Source: Polynucleobacter sp. (GTDB lineage: Bacteria; Pseudomonadota; Gammaproteobacteria; Burkholderiales; Burkholderiaceae). From it: a stretch of 64,000 nucleotides of DNA. The DNA is taken from positions 387 to 64,386 of the forward strand of contig NZ_JAHBAK020000026.1 of the NCBI RefSeq assembly GCF_018500155.2, read 5' to 3'. Positions 18,836-28,484 of the stretch are shown here, piece by piece. Numbering within the stretch: the first letter of the stretch is position 1; each line of letters opens with the position of its first letter. A program made the translations under genes and the position numbers. The notes under the pieces are model-generated. The model was not told the DNA's origin and made no database searches. It was given only the letters and a program-made list of their open reading frames with translations.

Positions 18836-20245
18836 TTACTTTCCTTGAATACCTGGCGCAGTTAACACTGCAGGACTGAGAATTTTATCCAATGTGGCTT
18901 TATCCATCAGTCCAAGCTCCAATACGAGATCTGCTACGGAGCAATTTTCTTGTAGCGCCCTCTTGGCAATCATGGTGGCATTTTCATAACCCAAGTAGGG
19001 ATTTAAGGCGGTCGCTAAACCCGCAGAAGTTCTGACACGCTCAGCCAATACCTCGCGATTAGCTGTAATCCCAATCACGCAATGTGTTTTCAAGGTATTA
19101 CATGCCGCTGTGAGATGCTCAATGCTCTTAAATAAGCTATGTGCAATGATGGGCTCAAAGGCATTGAGCTGCAATTGACCTCCTTCTGCTGCCATCGTAA
19201 TGGTCACATCATTACCAATCACTTCAAACGCAACTTGATTCACCACCTCAGGAATCACTGGGTTTACCTTGCCAGGCATGATTGACGAACCAGCAGCCCG
19301 CGGTGGCAGTCGAATTTCATTTAAACCTGCTTGAGGGCCGCTGGATAACAAACGTAAGTCGTTGCAAATCTTCGAAAGCTTCACCGCAATACGTTTAAGC
19401 ACACCAGATAGCTGCACAAATGCGCCACAATCCTGCGTCGCCTCAATTAAATTTGGAGAAATAACAACATTCACTCCTGAAATTTTCCTCAAATGCGCAA
19501 TTGCCAACTTTGCATAATTCACATCCGTATTAATTCCCGTACCGATTGCTGTGGCCCCCAAATTAATTTCCGCAATCAAAGAGATGGCCTCTTTTAGGCG
19601 CTCTTCATCCTCACGAATCATGACTGCATATGTAGAAAATTCCTGCCCCAAGGTCATGGGAACAGCATCTTGCAGTTGGGTACGGCCAATTTTGAGAATA
19701 TCCTTAAACTCCTCTGCCTTTTTTGCAAATGCATCACTCAAAGAATGCATCGCAGTAAGCAAAGTCGGTATGGCTAAGCAGGTAGCCAAACGCAGCGAGG
19801 TGGGATAAACATCGTTCGTGCTTTGCGACATGTTGACATCATTAATAGGATGCAGTTTTGCGTAATCCCCTTTTTGGTACCCCAAAATTTCTAGGGCGCG
19901 GTTGGCAATCACTTCGTTTGCATTCATATTGGTTGATGTACCTGCGCCACCCTGAATAACATCCACCACAAACTGGTCATGAAGCTTGCCAGACTCAATT
20001 TCATGGCATGCAGCAATGATGGCTTCTGCCTTTTTGGGATCCAAATGCCCTAACTCTAAATTGGCTTTGGCAGCCGCTTCTTTAACGTACGCTAATGATT
20101 TAATGAGATCAGCATAACTCCCAATCACTTTGCCAGTAATGGGGTAGTTTTCAATCGCTCTTAATGTATGAATGCCCCAATAGGCATCGGCGGGAACCTG
20201 CGCATCCCCCAATAGATCATGTTCTGGCCTGGTCATCTTTGTCAT
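18836..20245 (-). CDS. aspA: Aspartate ammonia-lyase
   Basis: YWGIHTLRA, QGGAGTSTNMNANEV, GRTQLQDAVP, GSSIMPGKVNPVIPE, GQLQLN; SD GGAG. Confidence 0.92.
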   Translation of the reverse strand: MTKMTRPEHDLLGDAQVPADAYWGIHTLRAIENYPITGKVIGSYADLIKSLAYVKEAAAKANLELGHLDPKKAEAIIAACHEIESGKLHDQFVVDVIQGGAGTSTNMNANEVIANRALEILGYQKGDYAKLHPINDVNMSQSTNDVYPTSLRLATCLAIPTLLTAMHSLSDAFAKKAEEFKDILKIGRTQLQDAVPMTLGQEFSTYAVMIREDEERLKEAISLIAEINLGATAIGTGINTDVNYAKLAIAHLRKISGVNVVISPNLIEATQDCGAFVQLSGVLKRIAVKLSKICNDLRLLSSGPQAGLNEIRLPPRAAGSSIMPGKVNPVIPEVVNQVAFEVIGNDVTITMAAEGGQLQLNAFEPIIAHSLFKSIEHLTAACNTLKTHCVIGITANREVLAERVRTSAGLATALNPYLGYENATMIAKRALQENCSVADLVLELGLMDKATLDKILSPAVLTAPGIQGK

Positions 20246-20272
20246 GTCTGTCTCCGCTTAAGATAAAAATAT

Positions 20273-21628
20273 TCAATTGTTTTGAATTGCTGCACTCTGA
20301 ATCTTGATTCGCAATAAGTTCACCGCATTCAGAAAGCTAAAGTAAGCCGCTTCTTCAGATACCGGCACCCCACCATGGATGGCTTGTGTATTAATCTCGT
20401 CCAAACGCTTGAGCATAGCTTCTCTTTCAGCAACGGTGATTGGCTCGCGCTGCAGACGCTGCTCCATTTCCAAAAGCTCCTTGTAATGAGGAATCTCTCT
20501 CAAACTAAAGCGAAATCTTCTGAAGTGAATATTTAATTTAATGAATGGGTAGAAAAGCGCAAGGATGGTTAACAGCAACACCCAAAAGCGATCCACAAAC
20601 CCTGCTAGCCAGTAGGGCAAATACCGCATTGCATGTGGGGGTCCGTAGTCATAGAAATGCTCAGCAACCGGGCTAATCGGAATAGAGGGATCGCGATAAG
20701 TTGGAAATTCATTGCGCTTGGCAAAAAATAAATTGGGAGAGATGCGATTCGCATCCTTTGCTGCCATCAAGATCGCCAGTTGCAAATCGGGGTGCATTGA
20801 ACGCTTAACGACCAAACTCGTAGTGGTGGCCAATAAAGTCAGGTCTTTGTGCGGAAGATGTTTAAGCACATCCAGAGAATCAGCAGGTAAGGCCAGGGTG
20901 ACAAAGGAATTATTCTGCCTTGCAAAAGCAAGTGCATTTTTAAAATCGAAGATCGCAATATTGGGTGTTGTTAATAAATCTTTGGTAATGGGATCCCAAT
21001 GTGTTGAAACTAAAACCAAAACATCAATTTCTCCACTTTTGAGCTTTTCTTGATTGGCCAACATCGTATTGGATACAAAATGGGGATTGCCTTCTACATC
21101 AATTCCCATCATTTCAAATATCTTTTTGGCTATGCGATACGAGCCACTTTGAGTGGGGCCGAGCCCCACTTTGTGCTTAGCCAAAGCTTCAAGAGACTGT
21201 ATTTCGCCGATTTTGTTTTTGTTATACAAAACCCATACAGGCTCATAGCCCACACTACCGAGAGAATAAATCCCTTGTAGTTCGCCCTCTTGCAAGGCCA
21301 GGCCATATGTAAAACCTGCATTTGCAGCATCGCTATCATTATTTAAGCGAGTCACATTTTCAACCGCGCCCTCTGTATTGAGAACGGTAATATTTAATCC
21401 ATTTTTATGCAGAATGTCCGCAGTTGCTTTAGCAAGGACATTCCAATCAGAATTGGGATAGCCCGATAAAAAATAGATATCGCGATTGGGAAATGGCTTT
21501 AAATAAATCAGCAACCCGATAGCTGCTACCAAGAATGTTGCTGCAAGTAGCTTTGACTCTTTAATCTCTTCTTTAATTGCCCGTATTTCGTCACGAATGA
21601 CAATTTTTAGATATCCAAGAGTATTCAT
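20273..21628 (-). CDS. TAXI-family (TRAP-associated) solute-binding-like protein with N- and C-terminal transmembrane segments
   Basis: TEGAVEN, YEPVWVLY, GPTQSGS, LLATTTSLVV..MHPDLQ motifs typical of TAXI SBPs; hydrophobic stretches at about aa 27-43 and 340-365. Confidence 0.72.
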   Translation of the reverse strand: MNTLGYLKIVIRDEIRAIKEEIKESKLLAATFLVAAIGLLIYLKPFPNRDIYFLSGYPNSDWNVLAKATADILHKNGLNITVLNTEGAVENVTRLNNDSDAANAGFTYGLALQEGELQGIYSLGSVGYEPVWVLYNKNKIGEIQSLEALAKHKVGLGPTQSGSYRIAKKIFEMMGIDVEGNPHFVSNTMLANQEKLKSGEIDVLVLVSTHWDPITKDLLTTPNIAIFDFKNALAFARQNNSFVTLALPADSLDVLKHLPHKDLTLLATTTSLVVKRSMHPDLQLAILMAAKDANRISPNLFFAKRNEFPTYRDPSIPISPVAEHFYDYGPPHAMRYLPYWLAGFVDRFWVLLLTILALFYPFIKLNIHFRRFRFSLREIPHYKELLEMEQRLQREPITVAEREAMLKRLDEINTQAIHGGVPVSEEAAYFSFLNAVNLLRIKIQSAAIQNN

Positions 21629-21693
21629 AGGGCTCGCTAATGATTTTTCTTCATTCTAGACTGAGAATCTACTGTGCCACTGAAAATGCCATG

Positions 21694-21717
21694 AAAAAAG
21701 CCACCCGCAGGTGGCTT
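21694..21717 (-). terminator. Intrinsic terminator after the Hc1-like gene
   Basis: Stem AAGCCACC / GGTGGCTT, 4-nt loop, U-tract on the minus strand (A-run from 21694). Confidence 0.75.
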
Positions 21718-21737
21718 CTATCTTTGCCTCGAATGCC

Positions 21738-21971
21738 TTATTTACGAATATGCGCGTGACGAGCGGCATCTTGCGACATGCCAGCACCCTTACCTTCACG
21801 AGATTCTTTCTCTGCACTAATTTCCTTGCGGCGCTCTTTGCATGAACCTGCGATTTCCTGTAAGGCTTTACGAGCGCGCGCGGCCGAAGCCTTGATGCCT
21901 TTACCCAAAAACTTTTCATTCTCGGCCTTATAAGTTTCAAAAGCTTCTAATAATTTATCGTGGTGCGACAT
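21738..21971 (-). CDS. Small basic protein, histone H1-like Hc1 family
   Basis: 77 aa; core NEKF..KG.KASAARARKAL.EI...CKERRKEI resembles Hc1-family proteins (recalled, not searched); SD AGGA and its own terminator. Confidence 0.72.
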   Translation of the reverse strand: MSHHDKLLEAFETYKAENEKFLGKGIKASAARARKALQEIAGSCKERRKEISAEKESREGKGAGMSQDAARHAHIRK

Positions 21972-22009
21972 ATTCTTCCTTTTTTATGAATTGTGTTGGC
22001 AAATAACGC

Positions 22010-24316
22010 TTAAATTTCCTCTGCAGGAGCAATATCAATCTTGCTAGCTTTACCTGGCAATTTAGGGGCTTCAAAGTTCAACAGCACCTTACCTTCGGTA
22101 TCAATATCGACATCCACATGACCGCCTTGCGCTAATCTACCAAAGAGTAATTCATCAGCCAAGGCCTTACGAACAGTATCTTGAATAATGCGCTGCATTG
22201 GACGAGCGCCCATTAGCGGATCAAAACCATGTTTTGCCAAATGGGCACGCAATGCAGGACTAAAAGTAGCATCCACTTTCTTCTCATGGAGTTGCTCTTC
22301 TAGCTGCATGAGGAACTTATCAACCACACGCATGATGATGGTTTCATCAAGCGCCTTAAATGACACGATGGCATCTAGGCGATTGCGGAACTCTGGCGTG
22401 AAAAACTTCTTAATATCAGCCATCTCATCACCGGACTCGCGTGCATTGGTAAAGCCGATAGTGGATTTTTGCATCGCTTCGGCGCCCGCATTAGTAGTCA
22501 TAATGATGATGACATTTCTAAAGTCAGTCTTACGGCCATTGTTGTCAGTCAATGTGCCATGATCCATCACCTGCAAAAGAATATTGAAAATATCTGGATG
22601 AGCTTTTTCAATCTCATCGAGTAAGAGCACGCAATGCGGCTTTTTATTAACCGCCTCGGTCAGAAGACCGCCTTGGTCAAAGCCAACATATCCTGGTGGC
22701 GCACCAATTAATCGACTGACTGCATGACGCTCCATGTATTCAGACATATCAAAGCGTAATAACTCAATACCCATGATGTATGCGAGTTGTTTTGCAACCT
22801 CTGTTTTGCCTACACCAGTGGGGCCAGAGAATAAAAATGAACCAATTGGGCGATCTACCTTTCCAAGACCTGCGCGCGTCATCTTAATGGCGCTCGCCAA
22901 TGCTTCGATCGCAGGATCCTGACCAAAGACAACGCTCTTGATGTCACGATCTAAGGTTTGCAATTTACTGCGATCGTCCACTGTTACTGATTGAGGTGGT
23001 ATGCGCGCAATCTTCGCAACGATCTCCTCAATCTCTGGGCGACCAATCGTTTTCTTTTGTTTTGACTTAGGCAAAATACGCTGTGCAGCGCCCGCCTCAT
23101 CTATCACATCAATTGCCTTGTCCGGCAAATGGCGGTCATTGATATAACGCGCAGATAACTCTGCTGCTGCCACCAACGCACCAGCTGCGTACTTCACACT
23201 ATGGTGCTCCTCAAAGCGAGATTTGAGCCCGCGCAAAATTTGCACGGTTTGATCTACAGTCGGCTCTACGACATCCACTTTTTGGAAACGGCGTGATAGA
23301 GCAGCATCCTTTTCAAAAATGCCACGGTATTCAGTAAAGGTGGTAGCGCCAATACATTTAAGTTGTCCATTAGAAAGCGCTGGCTTCAGTAAATTGCTAG
23401 CGTCCAGAGTTCCACCAGATGCAGCACCGGCACCAATCAAAGTATGAATCTCATCGATGAACAAAATGCCATGTGCATGATCTTTTAATGACTTCAGAAC
23501 ACTCTTTAAGCGCTGCTCAAAATCACCGCGGTATTTAGTGCCTGCCAAGAGCGCGCCCATGTCTAAAGAATAGACCGTGGCATTTGCCAAAATTTCTGGC
23601 ACATCACCTTTCACAATTCTCCAAGCCAGTCCCTCGGCAATGGCAGTTTTACCCACACCAGCCTCGCCAACAAGCAACGGATTATTTTTGCGACGACGGC
23701 AAAGCACCTGGATTACCCTCTCAACCTCACCCTCGCGGCCAATCAAAGGATCAATCTTGCCTTGACGAGCCATCGCATTGAGATTTTGAGTGTATTGGTC
23801 TAGCGGGCTTTCTTTTCCAGAAGACGCTGCTTCTTCAGACTCTTGAGTGTTGTCTGCAGGCTTAACATGCTCTGCTTGATCTTTGCGCACACCGTGACTA
23901 ATAAAGTTCACAACGTCCAAACGCGTCACACCTTGCTGTTGCAAGAAGTAGACTGCATGTGAATCTTTTTCACCAAAGATGGCAACCAATACGTTTGCGC
24001 CAGTCACTTCTTTTTTTCCATTTGAAGTTGACTGAACATGCATGATGGCGCGTTGTATCACTCGCTGAAACCCAAGAGTAGGTTGGGTATCAACCTCATC
24101 AGCTCCTGGCACCACTGGAGTGTTGTCATTAATAAAGTTCTTCAGTTGAGCGCGCAACTCAGAAATATTCACGGCGCAAGCCTTTAAGACCTCGACCGCA
24201 GTGGCATTATCTAAAAGGGCGGCTAGCAAATGCTCGACAGTAATAAATTCATGTCTTGATGCCCGCGCGTCCACGAACGCCATGTGCAAACTGACTTCTA
24301 GTTCTTGGGCAATCAT
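22010..24316 (-). CDS. clpA: ATP-dependent Clp protease ATP-binding subunit ClpA
   Basis: [12 protein letters not shown]-terminus, two AAA+ modules ([16 protein letters not shown]); start 24316 overlaps the clpS stop (ATGA). Confidence 0.97.
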   Translation of the reverse strand: MIAQELEVSLHMAFVDARASRHEFITVEHLLAALLDNATAVEVLKACAVNISELRAQLKNFINDNTPVVPGADEVDTQPTLGFQRVIQRAIMHVQSTSNGKKEVTGANVLVAIFGEKDSHAVYFLQQQGVTRLDVVNFISHGVRKDQAEHVKPADNTQESEEAASSGKESPLDQYTQNLNAMARQGKIDPLIGREGEVERVIQVLCRRRKNNPLLVGEAGVGKTAIAEGLAWRIVKGDVPEILANATVYSLDMGALLAGTKYRGDFEQRLKSVLKSLKDHAHGILFIDEIHTLIGAGAASGGTLDASNLLKPALSNGQLKCIGATTFTEYRGIFEKDAALSRRFQKVDVVEPTVDQTVQILRGLKSRFEEHHSVKYAAGALVAAAELSARYINDRHLPDKAIDVIDEAGAAQRILPKSKQKKTIGRPEIEEIVAKIARIPPQSVTVDDRSKLQTLDRDIKSVVFGQDPAIEALASAIKMTRAGLGKVDRPIGSFLFSGPTGVGKTEVAKQLAYIMGIELLRFDMSEYMERHAVSRLIGAPPGYVGFDQGGLLTEAVNKKPHCVLLLDEIEKAHPDIFNILLQVMDHGTLTDNNGRKTDFRNVIIIMTTNAGAEAMQKSTIGFTNARESGDEMADIKKFFTPEFRNRLDAIVSFKALDETIIMRVVDKFLMQLEEQLHEKKVDATFSPALRAHLAKHGFDPLMGARPMQRIIQDTVRKALADELLFGRLAQGGHVDVDIDTEGKVLLNFEAPKLPGKASKIDIAPAEEI

Positions 24317-24660
24317 GCTTCCTCCATAGTGCACTGTAATGGGTGACCCGCTTCTCGGGATAGTTCAATCACTTGATGCACCTTTGTGGCAGCAACATCA
24401 CGTGTGAATATTCCACACACGCCCTTACCAACCAAATGTACTTGCAACATAATGCGCGTTGCTGTTTCGTGATCCTTATTAAAGTACTCCTGAATAACCA
24501 TCACCACAAACTCCATTGGTGTGTAGTCATCGTTCAATAACAAAACTTTATACATTGATGGAGCCTTAACTTGCTCGACCTGTTTTTCGAGAAGAAGGGT
24601 GTCCTCAACGTAGGGATTAGCCGGAATTCCGGTAGTGGGATTTTTGGGTGCGCGACTCAT
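24313..24660 (-). CDS. clpS: Clp protease adaptor ClpS
   Basis: [38 protein letters not shown]; ATG 24660 preferred over GTG 24678. Confidence 0.95.
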   Translation of the reverse strand: MSRAPKNPTTGIPANPYVEDTLLLEKQVEQVKAPSMYKVLLLNDDYTPMEFVVMVIQEYFNKDHETATRIMLQVHLVGKGVCGIFTRDVAATKVHQVIELSREAGHPLQCTMEEA

Positions 24661-24667
24661 GAGAAAC

Positions 24668-24673
24668 ATTCTA
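24668..24673 (-). promoter_or_regulatory. Putative -10 element (TAGAAT) 7 nt upstream of clpS ATG
   Basis: Minus strand reads TAGAAT-gtttctc-ATG; no SD. Confidence 0.45.
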
Positions 24674-24806
24674 AACACAGATATCTAAACTTGATTTGTG
24701 GGGGCTCTTGTTGCGAAAAACCCTCAAAATCCCCTCTTTCACCCATATTGGGGCATTTTTCTACAAAAAAAGGGGTAATTACTGAGGGGTATGCCCCCAT
24801 AACTCC

Positions 24807-24835
24807 TTGACACCCCTACAAAAAGGGCAAACAAT
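24807..24835 (+). promoter_or_regulatory. Sigma70-type promoter for the cold-shock gene
   Basis: Perfect TTGACA (24807-24812), 17-nt spacer, AACAAT (24830-24835). Confidence 0.6.
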
Positions 24836-24946
24836 CGGGGGGTAGACCTCAAAAAAGGTTCTATTTAGGCGTGTTGTGGATTGAGACTGATTAAAAAAGT
24901 ATTTACCCTCATCACGGTTGTTTTAAGTTTATGTAATGGAGTTCGC

Positions 24947-25150
24947 ATGGCGACCGGAATTGTTAAGTGGTTCAATGATGCAAAAGGTTTTGGTTTTATC
25001 AAACCTGATGATGGTGAAGAAGAGTTGTTTGCGCATTTCAGCGCAATCACAATGCCTGGGTTTAAAACACTCAAGGAAAACCAAAAGGTAACATTTGACG
25101 TTACCCAAGGCCCTAAAGGCAAACAAGCTACCAATATCCAAGCGGCTTAA
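24947..25150 (+). CDS. cspD: Cold-shock domain protein (CspD-like by synteny with clpS)
   Basis: [18 protein letters not shown] (RNP1), LFAHFSAI (RNP2); 67 aa; SD GGAG; divergent from clpS. The paralog name comes from synteny only. Confidence 0.85.
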   Translation: MATGIVKWFNDAKGFGFIKPDDGEEELFAHFSAITMPGFKTLKENQKVTFDVTQGPKGKQATNIQAA

Positions 25151-25169
25151 TAGTCCTTAGATCATTATG

Positions 25170-25200
25170 AAAAACCCAGGATTCATTCCTGGGTTTTTTT
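25170..25200 (+). terminator. Intrinsic terminator after the csp gene
   Basis: AAAAACCCAGG / CCTGGGTTTTT stem, 7-nt loop, long U tract. Confidence 0.88.
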
Positions 25201-25221
25201 TCGTCTGTAGTTTCTCTCACT

Positions 25222-25227
25222 TAAAAT
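25222..25227 (+). promoter_or_regulatory. Putative -10 element (TAAAAT) 7 nt upstream of the DUF192 gene ATG
   Basis: TAAAAT-ctctttc-ATG; no SD; lies after the csp terminator. Confidence 0.5.
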
Positions 25228-25234
25228 CTCTTTC

Positions 25235-25687
25235 ATGCAACTTATTCAATACCTTACTCACCCTATCCTAGCGATTGCTCTCTTTTTAAGCGCTCCCTTT
25301 GCGTTAGCACAAGTCAATACCGGCTTACCTACCGTAGAACTAAAAGCAGGGATTTACCGCATCCAAGCAGAGCTTGCTGATACACCCAAGGCTCGAGAAG
25401 TTGGCCTCATGAACCGTACCAGCATGCCAACCAACTCTGGAATGTTATTTGTTTTTGAGCAAAAAGCGGGGCATTGCTTTTGGATGAACAACACTAAGAT
25501 ACCCCTCTCCATCGCATTTATCGCTGATGATGGCAAGATTGTGAACATCGAAGAAATGCAAGCAGAGACTCTTAACAATCACTGTCCTAAAGCGGCCATC
25601 CGTTACGCCTTAGAGATGAACAAGCAGTGGTTTTTAGATAGGGCAATTGTGCCCGGCACCATTATTACCGGGCTTCCTAAAAACTAA
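25235..25687 (+). CDS. DUF192-family exported protein
   Basis: Signal peptide; ELADTP..RE.GLM.R, GMLFVF, FWMNNTKIPLSIAFI, YALEMN. Confidence 0.85.
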   Translation: MQLIQYLTHPILAIALFLSAPFALAQVNTGLPTVELKAGIYRIQAELADTPKAREVGLMNRTSMPTNSGMLFVFEQKAGHCFWMNNTKIPLSIAFIADDGKIVNIEEMQAETLNNHCPKAAIRYALEMNKQWFLDRAIVPGTIITGLPKN

Positions 25688-25705
25688 ATCAGTAAATGAA
25701 GACAA

Positions 25706-25737
25706 TAAAAAACGCAGACCTCAGTCTGCGTTTTTTA
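25706..25737. terminator. Bidirectional terminator between DUF192 and ppnP
   Basis: TAAAAAACGCAGAC-ctca-GTCTGCGTTTTTTA perfect inverted repeat. Confidence 0.9.
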
Positions 25738-25753
25738 ATTAGTGCCAACAGGT

Positions 25754-26059
25754 TTATTCGAAGTGGCAAACATAGTGCACTGGCTGCTCGGCGCGGATTA
25801 CAAAATACCCGCCTTTCTCGACCTCCCAGCTCTGACCAGACTTAAATTCTTTTTCTGGGGCGCCATTGATGCTGACATAAGCCGTTCCATCAACCACTTC
25901 CATGATTTCTTTAGTGCCTAGATCAAAGCGCAATGTGCTTGGTAGAACCACGCCAACCGATTTACGCACTCCATTAGGGAGGGTTACGGTATGTGAGACG
26001 CACTTGCCATCAAAAAATACATTGGCCTTTTTACCCACTGAAACTTGATCAAATTGCAT
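25754..26059 (-). CDS. ppnP: Pyrimidine/purine nucleoside phosphorylase (DUF1255 cupin)
   Basis: KKANVFFDGKCVSH, RKSVGV, EIMEVVDG, YVCHF; 101 aa. Confidence 0.85.
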   Translation of the reverse strand: MQFDQVSVGKKANVFFDGKCVSHTVTLPNGVRKSVGVVLPSTLRFDLGTKEIMEVVDGTAYVSINGAPEKEFKSGQSWEVEKGGYFVIRAEQPVHYVCHFE

Positions 26060-26088
26060 CTGATTTCCTTCTATTCTGTTGATGTTGG

Positions 26089-27321
26089 TTATTTCTTGGC
26101 ACGTTTACGCTTAGCTGTTTCTGCGATACGCATCCGCAGCGCATTGAGCTTAATAAAACCACCGGCATCGGCTTGGTTGTAAGCGCCGCCATCATCATCA
26201 AAGGTCGCGATATTTTGATCAAACAAAGTATTCGCTGAGTCACGAGAGATGACGGATACTGAACCCTTATAGAGTTTCAAGCGCACTACACCGTTTACCA
26301 TTTGTTGAGTGTGATCAATCAGTGTCTGCAGCGCAATTCGCTCTGGAGACCACCATAAGCCGTTATAAATAAGGCTGGCATAACGCGGCATTAAGTCATC
26401 TTTTAAATGTGCCACTTCGCGATCAAGGGTAATACTCTCGATGCCACGATGAGCCTTCAACAAAATGGTGCCGCCAGGGGTTTCATAGCAACCGCGGCTC
26501 TTCATGCCAACAAAGCGGTTCTCAACGAGATCGAGACGGCCGATACCATGTTTACCGCCTACGCGATTGAGCTCTGCCAATAATTCATGTGGTTTGTAGG
26601 CTTTGCCATTAATGGCAACGGGATCACCAGATTTAAATTCAATCTCAATAATCTCAGGGGCATCTGGCGCTTTTTCAGGAGAAACGGTCCAACGCCACAT
26701 TGACTCTTCTGCTTCAGCATTAGGATCCTCAAGGTGACGACCCTCATAACTGATATGCAATAAGTTGGCGTCCATAGAGTAAGGGGAGCCACCTTGCTTA
26801 TGCTTCATTTCCACAGGAATGCCATGCTTTTCTGCATAGGCCATTAATTTTTCACGGGAGAGTAAATCCCATTCACGCCATGGCGCAATGACTTTAATAC
26901 CTGGCTCAAGAGCGTAGTAGCCAAGCTCAAAACGCACTTGATCATTCCCTTTGCCAGTAGCGCCATGAGAAACAGAATCTGCGCCAGTTAAACGGGCGAT
27001 TTCAATCTGGCGTTTTGCAATTAAGGGGCGAGCAATAGAGGTTCCTAAAAGATACTCGCCTTCATAGATCGTGTTGGCACGAAACATGGGGAACACAAAG
27101 TCGCGCACAAACTCTTCACGCAAGTCATCGATAAAGATATTTTCCGGCTTAATTCCAAACTGCAAGGCCTTGGCACGGGCAGGCTCCAGCTCTTCACCCT
27201 GACCTAGGTCGGCAGTAAAAGTCACAATCTCACAACCATAGGTATCTTGAAGCCATTTCAAAATGACGCTGGTATCTAAACCACCGGAATACGCTAAGAC
27301 TGCTTTTTTAATATCAGACAT
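26089..27321 (-). CDS. argG: Argininosuccinate synthase
   Basis: [51 protein letters not shown]. Confidence 0.98.
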   Translation of the reverse strand: MSDIKKAVLAYSGGLDTSVILKWLQDTYGCEIVTFTADLGQGEELEPARAKALQFGIKPENIFIDDLREEFVRDFVFPMFRANTIYEGEYLLGTSIARPLIAKRQIEIARLTGADSVSHGATGKGNDQVRFELGYYALEPGIKVIAPWREWDLLSREKLMAYAEKHGIPVEMKHKQGGSPYSMDANLLHISYEGRHLEDPNAEAEESMWRWTVSPEKAPDAPEIIEIEFKSGDPVAINGKAYKPHELLAELNRVGGKHGIGRLDLVENRFVGMKSRGCYETPGGTILLKAHRGIESITLDREVAHLKDDLMPRYASLIYNGLWWSPERIALQTLIDHTQQMVNGVVRLKLYKGSVSVISRDSANTLFDQNIATFDDDGGAYNQADAGGFIKLNALRMRIAETAKRKRAKK

Positions 27322-27388
27322 GTTTTCTTATTCAATCAAAAATAAATTGCAACGAATTATTTAGTATTTTATTGCTTTCGTTTTTCTC

Positions 27389-28408
27389 TTAATCCAATCG
27401 GCCGCAAAGCAAATACTCCATGAGCGCCTTTTGAACATGCAAACGATTCTCAGCCTCTTCCCAAACAATACTTTGGGGGCCATCTATTACACCGGCAGAC
27501 ACCTCTTCGCCGCGATGCGCTGGTAAACAATGCATAAATAGCGCATTGGGCTTGGCTACTGCCATTAGCTCCTCATCCACCATCCACTCTTTAAAAGCAT
27601 TCATGCGCGAAGTATTTTCATCTTCGTAACCCATGCTGGTCCAGACATCGGTCGTCACCAGATCGGCATCTTTGCAAGCATCTTTGGGGTCTACACAAAT
27701 CGTTAAATATTGGCTTGCATTCTTTCCCAAACGAGCTGGGTCTAATTGATATCCGGGAGGTGCTGAAAACCGTAACTTAAAATCCAAACATTGTGCCGCC
27801 TGAATCCAGGTATACGCCATGTTATTGGCATCGCCCACCCAAGCGACAGTTTTTCCTTGAATGGGACCACGCGCCTCAACAAAGGTAAAGATATCTGCCA
27901 ACACTTGGCATGGGTGGTATTCATTAGTCAAACCGTTTATCACGGGGACACGCGAGTTGGCAGCAAAACGCTCGACAATCTCTTGGCCAAAAGTACGAAT
28001 CATGATGATGTCGGTCATTCGTGAAATGACCTGAGCAGCGTCCTCTACAGGCTCGCCCCTGCCTAGCTGAGTATCACGTGTGTTCAGATAGACAGCATGG
28101 CCACCTAACTGATGTATCCCCGCCTCAAACGAGAGACGAGTACGGGTAGAGTGCTTTTCAAAAATCATGGCCAAAGTGCGATCATGCAATGGATGCCAAG
28201 TCTCGTAACTCTTAAACTTCGCTTTTAACCATGCTGATCTTTTCAGTAAGTAGTCATATTCGTCTCGAGTGAGATCGGCAAACTCGAGATAGTGCTTTAC
28301 CTGACCGGGCACTTGGGGCTTTGCCAGAGATGTCATAGTTGAGCTTTCTACTAAAGTTTTGGCTTGCATTTTTTTCTTAAAACCTTCGACTGCACGAAAA
28401 TAGAACAT
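27389..28408 (-). CDS. argF: Ornithine carbamoyltransferase (start uncertain: 28408, 28369 or 28336)
   Basis: FEKHSTRTRLSFE, NGLTNEYHPCQ, FMHCLPAHRGEE. Confidence 0.93.
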   Translation of the reverse strand: MFYFRAVEGFKKKMQAKTLVESSTMTSLAKPQVPGQVKHYLEFADLTRDEYDYLLKRSAWLKAKFKSYETWHPLHDRTLAMIFEKHSTRTRLSFEAGIHQLGGHAVYLNTRDTQLGRGEPVEDAAQVISRMTDIIMIRTFGQEIVERFAANSRVPVINGLTNEYHPCQVLADIFTFVEARGPIQGKTVAWVGDANNMAYTWIQAAQCLDFKLRFSAPPGYQLDPARLGKNASQYLTICVDPKDACKDADLVTTDVWTSMGYEDENTSRMNAFKEWMVDEELMAVAKPNALFMHCLPAHRGEEVSAGVIDGPQSIVWEEAENRLHVQKALMEYLLCGRLD

Positions 28409-28484
28409 ACAGTCATCTTACGGCCACCTCAGGCTGTTAAGCTAGAGGGCTTAGTCATACTGATTTCACAAACTTCACGTCAAT

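Noticed and set aside
21656-21940. Alternative-frame 94-aa basic ORF overlapping the Hc1-like gene
   Set aside because: It has no SD and runs through the terminator. The 21738-21971 frame has the SD, the family-like motif and a correctly placed terminator.
17573-21971. Treating the symporter-aspA-TAXI-Hc1 block as a recently integrated genomic island
   Set aside because: No integrase, tRNA site or flanking direct repeats are visible, and spot checks of GC were variable and not clearly different from the flanks. It may be accessory, but mobility is unsupported.
24700-24842. G-quadruplex from the multiple G-runs in the clpS-csp spacer
   Set aside because: The runs are separated by about 10-45 nt and interleaved with complementary C-runs, so duplex or hairpin formation is more likely.
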